Origin: Treponema sp.
Lineage (GTDB): Bacteria > Spirochaetota > Spirochaetia > Treponematales > Breznakiellaceae
DNA: 64,000 nucleotides
Assembly: GCA_031266775.1 (NCBI GenBank)
Contig: JAISAQ010000056.1
Span: 34,655 to 98,654, forward strand
Reading direction: 5' to 3'
The notes below the pieces were generated by a model that saw only the letters and a program-made list of their open reading frames with translations, was not told where the DNA came from and ran no database searches. Positions 47,110 through 55,479 of the stretch are shown here, one piece after another (position 1 is the first letter of the stretch; the number at the start of each line of letters is the position of its first letter). The translations under genes were made by a program, and so were the position numbers.

Positions 47110-48370
47110 CACGGCCGTCCCGAAGCTCCTTTGGGTACACCGTAATTCCCAGCCGTTTTTCAATGCGCTGGAGCCGGCGCATCTCTTCGCCGTCGCCTAT
47201 GCTTACCATGACGCCGGTTTTTCCCGCCCGGCCTGTCCTGCCGGCGCGGTGAACATAGACGCCGCCGTCCGGGGGAACGTCCAGTTCCACCACATGGGTA
47301 ATGCCGGGAATGTCAAGGCCCCGGGCGGCAAGATCGCTTGAAACCAGCACGGAAAATTTCCCGGAACGGAAACCGTCCAGAGCCGCCTTGCGCTCCTTTT
47401 TGTCAAGGCCGCCGTAAAGCGCCGCCGCGGGAAAACCGGCGTGCCTGAGGCGGGAAAAGATGATCCCCGGCTGTCCGCCGCCGCCTGAGATGACAAGGGT
47501 CTTTTTGGGCTTCCCGGCGGACAAAAAAGAAATGAGCGTGTCTATTTTCCGCCGCCTTTCGCTGAAAAAGGCCCAGTGCTGTATGTGTTCCCTGAGTATT
47601 TCCTCCCCGCCGCCCTCAACGACAATGGGGTCCTTGAGATCCCCGGCCTCTTTCCCCTCCGCAAGACGGGCAAAGAGGGAAAGGAGCCGTTCCCTGCTGT
47701 TTGCCGAAAGGGTCGCGGAACAGGAGGCGGCCTGCGTAACGTTCTTAAGGAGGCCCATAAGGAGGGAAGTCTCCTCAAAGAGTTCGTCCGCCGCAAGACG
47801 GTCCCCTTCGTCCAGCACAAGGAAGCGGAGGGCGGCGGTGCGGAGTTTTCCCGCGCGGACAAGTTTTACAAGCCTTCCGGGGTTTCCCGCGACGACAAGG
47901 GGCCTCTGCTTCTTTATGGCGTCTATCTGGCGGCCCATGTTTCCCGAACCCGCCAGCAGCAGCACGGACGGGACGAGAGAAGAGGGAGGCGGCCCGCCTT
48001 CTTCCCCGCGCCCCTCTTCGGCATTTTTCCGGTTCATTCCCCGCAAAAGAAAATCAGCCTCGTTTTTTATCTGGGCGCACAGTTCATGGGTGGGCGCGCA
48101 GATCATCATGGCCGGGCCTCCAGAACCGGAAGACGCGCCGCCTCCTTCCAGCCGTTCCAAAAGGGGAATAAGGTACGCAAAGGTTTTTCCCGTACCGGTG
48201 GCGGAACGGAAGATGACGCTTTTGCCCCGGGAAAGAAGGGGCATTACCCGCGCCTGTATGTCCGTAGGAGAGGCGATGTTCCTTTCGGCAAGGCATCCGG
48301 CAAAGAGGGGGGAACCGAAATTCACGCCGGACCTTCTTTTTGCTTCCCGCGGCCGAAAAAATTCTTCCAT
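47069..48370 (-). CDS. DEAD-box-family ATP-dependent RNA helicase (motif II reads DEGD)
   Basis: 433 aa. Q motif PTDIQ, ATGTGKT, PTHEL, DEGD (47801-47812), SAT, ARGLDI, HRAGRTGRAG. Confidence 0.85.
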   Translation of the reverse strand: MEEFFRPREAKRRSGVNFGSPLFAGCLAERNIASPTDIQARVMPLLSRGKSVIFRSATGTGKTFAYLIPLLERLEGGGASSGSGGPAMMICAPTHELCAQIKNEADFLLRGMNRKNAEEGRGEEGGPPPSSLVPSVLLLAGSGNMGRQIDAIKKQRPLVVAGNPGRLVKLVRAGKLRTAALRFLVLDEGDRLAADELFEETSLLMGLLKNVTQAASCSATLSANSRERLLSLFARLAEGKEAGDLKDPIVVEGGGEEILREHIQHWAFFSERRRKIDTLISFLSAGKPKKTLVISGGGGQPGIIFSRLRHAGFPAAALYGGLDKKERKAALDGFRSGKFSVLVSSDLAARGLDIPGITHVVELDVPPDGGVYVHRAGRTGRAGKTGVMVSIGDGEEMRRLQRIEKRLGITVYPKELRDGRVTVPVPDPDPREP

Positions 48371-49284
48371 TTTTCGCGCAGCAGGGTCTTCCGTTCCTGC
48401 TTGTCAAGATAGGCGTCAAGATCGCTTATCAAATGGGAATATTCGTCGATATGGGGCCGCAGTTCCTTTTGTATGTTCCTTCCGTCCGGAATGCGGGTAA
48501 AACGGCGGGAATGCTCCTCAATCTTCAGCAGCCGTCTTTCTATCTTGTCAAGAACATCGGAAGAGGCCTCCCTGTCCACCCTGTCAAACGCGCCGAACTC
48601 GTACTTTACAACGCCGTCGTCGCGTATTTCGCCCCTGAACGCCCGGTAAAGATTAAGTTTGATGCCCTTTCTGACATAGGCAAAACGGCCTTCTTTTTCA
48701 AAGCGGCGCACGCTTACCATGACGCAGACGGAATTGAGGAAACGGAGCTGGCGGAACGCCGAAGCCCGCTTCACGAAATTGTTGTCCTCGGCGACATAGA
48801 TTGTCTCGTCGAAGCCGCCGACGCGGTTAAAGAGCCGTTTTGTCACAAAGATGCAGAAACCGAACGCCTTGGGATCTATCCATAAATTGAGAATCACCGC
48901 GAGGTTGATGAGCTTGTGTATGATGCGGTCAAGCTGGTAATCGGAAAGAGGCTTTATTTCGCAGGTTGCAAGATCGATGAAACGGTCTTCCATCTCGTTG
49001 TACATATTCCTGATAAACCCCGGCGGCAGAATAACGTCCGCGTCAAGAAAACAGAGCAGCTCCCCCAGGGCGGCGGCGGCCCCGGCGTTTCTTCCCGCGG
49101 CCGGAAGCCCGCCTTCCACCACCCTGCAGCCGTATTCCGCGGCGATTTCCCTTGTGCGGTCCCCCGATTTGGCGTCGGCGACTATCACTTCGTAATCATC
49201 AAAATCCTGTATCCTGACACTGTCCAGCAGCCTGGGAAGCATAGCCTCTTCGTTAAGCGCCGGAATGATGATGCTGACCTTCAT
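48322..49284 (-). CDS. Glycosyltransferase family 2
   Basis: 320 aa: VSIIIPALNEE..L..LL.S...Q.....E.IVADA.S.DRT and FLDADV. Confidence 0.8.
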   Translation of the reverse strand: MKVSIIIPALNEEAMLPRLLDSVRIQDFDDYEVIVADAKSGDRTREIAAEYGCRVVEGGLPAAGRNAGAAAALGELLCFLDADVILPPGFIRNMYNEMEDRFIDLATCEIKPLSDYQLDRIIHKLINLAVILNLWIDPKAFGFCIFVTKRLFNRVGGFDETIYVAEDNNFVKRASAFRQLRFLNSVCVMVSVRRFEKEGRFAYVRKGIKLNLYRAFRGEIRDDGVVKYEFGAFDRVDREASSDVLDKIERRLLKIEEHSRRFTRIPDGRNIQKELRPHIDEYSHLISDLDAYLDKQERKTLLREKWKNFFGRGKQKEGPA

Positions 49285-49402
49285 TGCCCCCGATTATACC
49301 ATACGGCCGGGCAAAAAAAAACCGGCGGCCCATGGAACAAGAGCCCCATACCTGATAAAGTAAAGGGCGTTCCTGAAAACCGGGGTTTTTTGGGACGCCC
49401 CG

Positions 49403-50944
49403 ATGTTATTCTTGTCATTGAGGAAGCGCAGCATGAACATGGGCATTGTATTTTTGGCGGTGTTCCTTGCCGTTATGACGGCCATAGGGATCTGGGGCAT
49501 GAAGAAGACCCGGACCCTGGGGGATTTTTTTCTGGGGGGAAGGACCCTGGGGCCGTGGATCTCGGCCATAGCGTACGGGACATCCTATTTTTCCGCGGTG
49601 ATCTTCATAGGATTCGCGGGAACGCAGGGCTGGCAGTTCGGGCTTAACGCCCTGTGGATAGCGGCGGGCAACGCCGTCATCGGCGCGGGGGCGGCCTGGC
49701 TTGTATTGGCCCGCCGTACCCGGCGCATGACGCAGAACCTTGACACCATGACCATGCCTGAATTCCTGCAGGAGCGCTACGGGGCAAAACACCTTAAGCC
49801 TGTGGCCGCCTCGGTTATCTTCTTCTTCCTCCTCCCCTACTCCGCCTCGGTCTTCAAGGGACTCGGGCACCTTTTTGAAAAGGTCTTCTGAATTCCCTAT
49901 GACATAGCCCTTCTTGTCATGATCGCCTTTACCGGAATTTACCTTATCCTGGGCGGGTACTTCGCCATAGCGGTTACCGACTTCATACAGGGGATCATCA
50001 TGTTCGCGGGCGCGGCGATCCTTGTCGTCGTTCTTTTACGGGAAGGAGGGGGCCTTGCCCAGACGTTCGCGAAAACGGGGGAAAACTACATGGCCCACAT
50101 CCCGCCCGCCGAAAGGCCTTCGGCGCTTACCGTCATATCGCTTGTATTCATGACCAGCTTCGGCACATGGGGCCTTCCGCAGATGACCCAGAAATTCTAC
50201 GCCATAAAAAACGAACAGGTAATTTTCAAGGCGGCCCTGGTGACCACAATCTTTGCCCTGGTGATAGGTTTTTCCGCCTATTCAACCGGCGCTTTTTCCC
50301 ACGTGTTTTTCGGCGCGGACGCGGCCGGGCTCAATCCGGTGCCAAGAACCGCCTCCGGGGGAATCAACTACGATCTTATCGTACCGACGCTGCTCACGCA
50401 GCACCTGCCGGAACTGCTTCTCGCGCTGATACTGCTCCTTGTGCTTTCCGCGTCAATGTCGACGCTTTCCTCGCTGGTGCTGGTTTCCTCCTCGTCGGTC
50501 GCCATCGACCTTTACCCGTCGCGGCTTGAGACAAAAAGCGGCAAGGACAGATCCGTGGCCATGATGCGTTTTCTTTCGGCCGTTTTTATTGTAGTGTCGT
50601 ATTTTATTTCCCGCTTCCAGATCAGCATCATCGTGTACCTCATGTCCCTTTCCTGGGGCGTGGTTTCGGGAGCCTTCGCCGCGCCCTACATCTTCGGCCT
50701 TTATTCAAGGCGGGTAACCAAGGCCGCGGCCTACGCGGGGCTCCTTTCGGGAGTCACCGTCATGACGGCCCTGTTCTTCATACTGGGACAGCGGAATTCC
50801 CCCCTCGCGGCGTCCATTGCCATTGCCGTTCCCTTTATCGTAGTGCCCCTCGTGTCGGCCTTTACCGCCCCGCCCGAAAAAGAGCTTCTGGACAGGGCCT
50901 TCCAGGGTATTACCAGAGGACGCCGGCCGGATTTACTCCCGTGA
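49403..50944 (+). pseudogene. Sodium:solute symporter (SSF, PanF/PutP-like) interrupted by one in-frame TGA
   Basis: ORFs 49403..49891 and 49919..50944 are in the same frame. Read-through gives ...GLGHLFEKVF*IPYDIALLVMIAFTGIYLILGGYFAIAVTDFIQG..., a continuous SSF sequence. TGA is at 49889-49891. The likely true start is the MNMGIVFL ATG near 49433. Confidence 0.75.
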
Positions 50945-52847
50945 ATTTCATGTAGTTGGATGAAACGAGGCCGCCCAATACCTGTACGCCTGTGACAGGG
51001 GGCATACTGTCGAGCCTTATGAGCGCGGGGGCGGCGGACGAGTGTCTTGTGAGGTTCGCCGAAACCGTTATAAGGGCCCGGTCATATCCTGAGTTATGGC
51101 TCAGGTAAATGTCGTTGCCGCCGCCTATATACGCCCCGCCGCCCATTGAAAACTCAGGCCCTAAAAACCACATCTTGTCCACGACGATGCCGCTTCCCGT
51201 GCCGCTGTCGCTGTAGTTGCCCGAAATTTCCCCTCCCCGCATATCAAACACGTTTACCGGGATAGAACTGGAGGAGGCGCTGGGGATAAACACCCCTCCG
51301 CCGTAACCGTTACAGAGGGGGCTTACGCCGCCCGGAAGCCCGCGCGCCCGGTTTCCGCTTATATACCCCCCCTGCATGGTGAGTTTTACCCCGTACGTAC
51401 CGAACATGAGGCCTCCGCCCGAAAGGCCCGCGCTGTTGCCGGATATGCCGCTCTCCCCCGATATTGTTCTTTCCATGGCGGCGCCGCCCGGGGCGTTGGT
51501 GTAGAAATAGATTCCCCCGCCGCTTCCCGCCGTTCTGTTAAAGGTGACGCTGCCCCCCGACATCTCGAAGCCGCCCACACATTCAACGCCGCCGCCGTTA
51601 CCGGCCGTTATCCGGTCGTTGTTTTGCAGTACCGCGCCGCTCTTAAGCCTGAAGAGGCCCGGCGTGCTGTCTACATACACCAGGGCGGAATCGGAGGTAA
51701 TACCGGTATTGGACACCACGCCGGCCGCGGCGGGCGTTCCGCCGCTCCAGACGGCCCCGCCGTCCACAATAAGGGCCGACCCCGCAGGGGCGCCAAGTTC
51801 CAGGACTCCCGAGGGGCCTATGTCAAAGACGCTCCAGGGGCTGTTGCCGCCTGAGGGGCCGTCTCTCTTTATGACATATTTGCTTCCCGCCTCCACAGTA
51901 AGGCTGACGGAACGCATGTCAACATCGATCTCTTCGGCAAGCGGCAGATCGACATTGGCAAGAAGGGTAACGGTTTCGGGGGCGTAGTAGCTGCCGTACA
52001 GGGCGGCGGCAATGGCGGACTGGAGCGTGGGGTAATAAACGGCCGTCCCGACAGGCGGCCCTTCGCCCGCGGAGCTTACAACGCGCTTTGCCGCCACGGG
52101 AACAAGATACCCCGCGCTGTCCACCCGCCAGTGGCGGGGGGAGTACCAGCCGGAGACCGTCATGTCCTCCGGGGTAACGTCAAAGCGGGCGTGATTGGCG
52201 GCTATGTCGGCGCCCAGAACCGTGTCGTCCAGAACCTGCACCGTAGCGCCGTATGACGGCGGGGTAAGGCGCGCGATGGGGGCAAAAGGGCCCCCGCCAA
52301 GGGTTCCCTCAACGGTAATGTACGCGCCGCTTTCAAGGTACACGTCGTTGTCAACGGCAACGGACGCGCCGCCTTTAAGCAGGAAATTTCCGCCGCCTGT
52401 AACGTACACGGCGCGGCCGGGCATGGACGCCCCCCTTACGGACACGCCGTCAAGGGCAAGGGTCGCGCCTGAGGCCACGGTAAAGAGGGCTTCGGCGTTT
52501 CCCGGCCAGCGGGATATGGAGACGGAGCTTCCCGGAGTGTTGGGGACCAAAAGGATGTGTTTACCCGGCCCCAGGGCAATCCCGTTACACCACCCCATGG
52601 AAAAATAATCGCCTATATTCCTCATAATGCTTATGACGGAAGGGGAAGAGGCCGTTCCATCATCCGCCGCGTCTACGGCTTCCCTCAGGGTGTAAAACCA
52701 CCTGCCGTTCCAGACGGCAAGGGGCGCCTGTATTTCGGGGACGCTTTCCCTCAGAAGATAATTCACCATGGGGTTCTGGCATGAAAAAAACATGAACACA
52801 AACAGGAATGCGGAAAAAAAGATCGTGCCTCCGGTTTTTTCTTTCAT
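50910..52847 (-). CDS. Beta-helix (Pmp-repeat-like) surface lipoprotein
   Basis: 645 aa. Signal peptide with lipobox ...FVFMFFSC-QNP, and repeated GGG(V/I/L)(E/Y/M)-type units (NGGGVECVGG, GSGGGIYFY, SGGGLMF, YGGGVFI). Confidence 0.65.
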   Translation of the reverse strand: MKEKTGGTIFFSAFLFVFMFFSCQNPMVNYLLRESVPEIQAPLAVWNGRWFYTLREAVDAADDGTASSPSVISIMRNIGDYFSMGWCNGIALGPGKHILLVPNTPGSSVSISRWPGNAEALFTVASGATLALDGVSVRGASMPGRAVYVTGGGNFLLKGGASVAVDNDVYLESGAYITVEGTLGGGPFAPIARLTPPSYGATVQVLDDTVLGADIAANHARFDVTPEDMTVSGWYSPRHWRVDSAGYLVPVAAKRVVSSAGEGPPVGTAVYYPTLQSAIAAALYGSYYAPETVTLLANVDLPLAEEIDVDMRSVSLTVEAGSKYVIKRDGPSGGNSPWSVFDIGPSGVLELGAPAGSALIVDGGAVWSGGTPAAAGVVSNTGITSDSALVYVDSTPGLFRLKSGAVLQNNDRITAGNGGGVECVGGFEMSGGSVTFNRTAGSGGGIYFYTNAPGGAAMERTISGESGISGNSAGLSGGGLMFGTYGVKLTMQGGYISGNRARGLPGGVSPLCNGYGGGVFIPSASSSSIPVNVFDMRGGEISGNYSDSGTGSGIVVDKMWFLGPEFSMGGGAYIGGGNDIYLSHNSGYDRALITVSANLTRHSSAAPALIRLDSMPPVTGVQVLGGLVSSNYMKFTGVNPAGVLW

Positions 52848-52855
52848 GCCTTTCC

Positions 52856-53872
52856 TTATCGGGAATCCGTATTTTTGTAGATCCGCACACGCACACGCCT
52901 GTTCCCTTCGGGGCTGCCGCCGGCGGCGTCAAGCCCGCCCGACCCGCTTGCCGTGATACGCTCCCCGCCGACGCCTCGCCTTACAAGCTCGTCCCTGACA
53001 AACGCCGCGCGGGCGCGGGAAAGCGGTATAAGCCGCAGGGTCTCCTCCTCTTCCGTTCCCAGTACGGGATTGGCGAAACCCTCAAGACGGACCCGGTAAG
53101 CGCCGTTGGCGGCGAGGAAGGCGGCCAGCGTGTCAAGGGCAAGGGTATTGGCCTGTATGGTCCGCGCGTCAAGACCCCGCTCTGGATCCGCGTCCCTTCC
53201 GGCAAAATCGGCCTCGTTCGCCCGGAATATGAGGTCCGGTATTTCGGGAATAACGGGTTCTTCACGCTCCAGGGGAGGCGGCCCGGACGGCGGCGGCTCG
53301 GGAGACGGCGGCGGTGGCGGCTCAGGAAGAGGCGGCGGAGGTGGAAGCGGTACGGGAGGCGGTGGAGGAGGCGGCGGTTCGGGAGACGCAAGGCCGAAGC
53401 GGTAACCCGCGGCGAGGCCGAAACCAATACCGGTGGGCCAGCCGAAACGGACATACGGTTCGGCGTAGAAACTCTTCCAGAAAAAACGCGCACCCAGGCT
53501 TCCGTCCGCCAGAACGGTGGAAACGCGCCTTTGGCCTTCCATGAGCATGATAAAACCGGCGCCGGCCTGTGCAAAAAAGGAAAAGGGCAAAAAAGTTTTG
53601 GGGAAATAATAGCGCCCAAAGGCAAGGGCCTCAAGCGACGAGACATCGTGAAAATCGGTTCCGTAATCGCCCCTGATCCCGGCGGCAATATGCGGGGTGA
53701 AGCTGTAATCACCCAGAAGGCCCCCGGCAAGGCCAAGGCCGCGCCGTGTGTTGCCGTTTCCTTCGGCAAAAGCGCCCAGGGAAAAGATCCCCTTCTCCTC
53801 CGCAGAAAGACCGGAGACGGCGCGGACGAGCAGTATGATACAGAACAGATTCAGCTTTAATCTGCCGGACAG
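52856..53872 (-). CDS. OmpA-family outer-membrane protein (barrel-like N-half, Pro-rich hinge, OmpA_C domain); apparent CTG start
   Basis: The track gives only 52856..53590 (TTG). The frame stays open upstream to TAG at about 53911 and encodes a signal peptide (L)SGRLKLNLFCIILLVRAVSGLSA-EE plus extra strands. There is no ATG/GTG/TTG in that stretch. CTG at 53872-53870 lies 11 nt after AGGGGGG. The C-terminus carries an OmpA-like ...LEGFANP.....E...L..LS..RA..V...L.. Confidence 0.6.
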   Translation of the reverse strand: MSGRLKLNLFCIILLVRAVSGLSAEEKGIFSLGAFAEGNGNTRRGLGLAGGLLGDYSFTPHIAAGIRGDYGTDFHDVSSLEALAFGRYYFPKTFLPFSFFAQAGAGFIMLMEGQRRVSTVLADGSLGARFFWKSFYAEPYVRFGWPTGIGFGLAAGYRFGLASPEPPPPPPPPVPLPPPPPLPEPPPPPSPEPPPSGPPPLEREEPVIPEIPDLIFRANEADFAGRDADPERGLDARTIQANTLALDTLAAFLAANGAYRVRLEGFANPVLGTEEEETLRLIPLSRARAAFVRDELVRRGVGGERITASGSGGLDAAGGSPEGNRRVRVRIYKNTDSR

Positions 53873-53911
53873 GCGCGTAAAATCCCCCCTGTTTTCTGAA
53901 CGGCGTTCAGG

Positions 53912-54871
53912 CTAGAAATTCCAGGAAAATCCCATATAGGGGGAAAGACTTGCTTCCCTGCCGACATTGGCCAGTTCGACTCCCAGCTTAAAGGCGCAGC
54001 TTTTGAACCGGTATTTTATCACCGGCATTATCGCCGCGTGCGTAAACGTACCGTAGACCATGATGTCCAGTTCCGCCGCGAAGTTGTTCCAGCCGTACTT
54101 GACGGCAAATTCGGTTACGGCGTACCGTACGCCGGGAACAAAATCGATTCTAAAGGCGGCTTCCCCGCCAAGCCCAAGGCCAAACCCGTCGTTGTAACCC
54201 ACCCTCATTTCCATGCCCAGCCCCATGCCGCTATCGGCGCGGCCGAGGTAGGAAACAGGCAGCGCAAGCTGCAGGCCAAAGACACCTGGTTTTCCAAAAT
54301 CCTGGCGGTAGCCCGCCCCCCACTGAAAACGGCCGGTATATTCGCCAAGGCGGCTGTCCACGATGAGCGCGCCTGATTCGCCGGGAAAATCAGGGGCAAT
54401 GTACAAATTGTCGCGGTGGTTGACGTATGTCCACAGAGTCCCCGGAACGGCGGCGAGGGGAAGGCGGTACGCAACGCCCTCTTCCATGTAAATGCTGAGC
54501 CATGTCCGCCTGTCCGCGTCTTTGGCGTTCTCTGCCCGGGCAAAAGGAGAGGGATCGGCGGCCTTGAGATCCACGGAAAAATCCAGTTCGGCGTTTATGT
54601 CAAAATCGCCTATGGTCCGCTCATAGGTCATGTAGGGCTTGAGAAAAAGGGAACGTATGCTGTAACCGTCCCGGTAGCGGCCGGGGTACCACACGGCCAG
54701 CGGGTATTCATGGGCGCCAAAATCAACGCCCAGCGAAAGCCCCTGTATAGCCTGGAGGAAAGCCGGTTTCTTCTTTTGTCCGGCTTCCCCGGCCCCGGCT
54801 GTTTCCGCTTGGGCAAAGACCGCCGCGCCCAGGCACAAGAGCGCAAGCATTGTACAGATGATCCGTTTCAA
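53912..54871 (-). CDS. Predicted outer-membrane beta-barrel protein
   Basis: Track ORF runs to 54961. I prefer the TTG at 54871, 6 nt after AAGGAG, giving MKRIICTMLALLCLGAAVFAQAE. It has an alternating amphipathic strand pattern and ends ...YMGFSWNF (C-terminal aromatic OMP signature). Confidence 0.55.
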   Translation of the reverse strand: MKRIICTMLALLCLGAAVFAQAETAGAGEAGQKKKPAFLQAIQGLSLGVDFGAHEYPLAVWYPGRYRDGYSIRSLFLKPYMTYERTIGDFDINAELDFSVDLKAADPSPFARAENAKDADRRTWLSIYMEEGVAYRLPLAAVPGTLWTYVNHRDNLYIAPDFPGESGALIVDSRLGEYTGRFQWGAGYRQDFGKPGVFGLQLALPVSYLGRADSGMGLGMEMRVGYNDGFGLGLGGEAAFRIDFVPGVRYAVTEFAVKYGWNNFAAELDIMVYGTFTHAAIMPVIKYRFKSCAFKLGVELANVGREASLSPYMGFSWNF

Positions 54872-54884
54872 AAGGCACTCCTTA

Positions 54885-55466
54885 TCAGGGCAGAAAGCTG
54901 TGTCCCACAGCCATTCCAAAGGCCAGGCGGAAAGGGTACCCGACACGGAACGAGGGCTCAAGAAACCATCCCTTCCAGTGCGCCCGTGCGCCCACGCTCA
55001 CTTCACCCAAAACATCGTAGACTTCATAATCCTGTTCGCGGTTCATGCTGATGCCCAGCCCCGTCTGCACAAAAGGCCGTATCCAGCCGAAGTCGTATAC
55101 ATAAAAACGGCCGTAAAAGCACCCTTCCATGACCGAAACCAGCTGGTCCTCGGGCTTGTTCGACGAAAAGGTAAGGCCGCCCCGGAGGCCAAAGCCGAAA
55201 TAACGGGAAAGCTCGTAATCGCTCATGACAAAAATTTCAGGCAGCATGCTTGTCCTGTCGTTCTGCGTCAATTCGATGCCGCCCGCCACGGAAAAGGGCT
55301 TGTGAACCTGGGGGGCAAAGAGGATTTCGGTAAAACCGGCCCAGAATTTGGCGAAGCCCTTTTTCGGCGCGTCCGGGCCGGAAGAAGGAAGGCCGTCTGT
55401 GGCCTGCGCGGCGGCAAGCGCGCATACGCACACGCCCATTACTATCAACAACAAGAGCCGTTTCAC
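54885..55466 (-). CDS. Small predicted outer-membrane beta-barrel protein
   Basis: Track ORF runs to 55490. I prefer the GTG at 55466, 5 nt after AGGAGG, giving MKRLLLLIVMGVCVCALAAAQA. The size (193 aa) and strand pattern fit an 8-10-strand barrel. Confidence 0.55.
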   Translation of the reverse strand: MKRLLLLIVMGVCVCALAAAQATDGLPSSGPDAPKKGFAKFWAGFTEILFAPQVHKPFSVAGGIELTQNDRTSMLPEIFVMSDYELSRYFGFGLRGGLTFSSNKPEDQLVSVMEGCFYGRFYVYDFGWIRPFVQTGLGISMNREQDYEVYDVLGEVSVGARAHWKGWFLEPSFRVGYPFRLAFGMAVGHSFLP

Positions 55467-55479
55467 TCGTTCCTCCTGA

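Noticed and set aside
49328-49345. CATGGAACAAGAGCC, partly matching the abfA operator arm (GGAACAAG), in the GT2/symporter intergenic region.
   Set aside because: Only 8-9 nt match and there is no inverted partner nearby. This is within chance expectation.
49889-49891. The TGA in the symporter read as selenocysteine or reassigned Gly.
   Set aside because: TGA is used as an ordinary stop by many genes in this window, for example thiI and the S26 gene. I saw no hairpin resembling a SECIS directly downstream. The homologous position is Gly rather than Cys. A point mutation or base-call error is the simpler explanation.
53280-53400. A GGC/GGA-rich quasi-repetitive DNA stretch that looks like a tandem repeat.
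   Set aside because: It is the coding sequence of the Pro-rich hinge (PPPPPPPPVPLPPPPPLPEPPPPPSPEPPP) of the OmpA-type protein. It is not a CRISPR array or a non-coding repeat.
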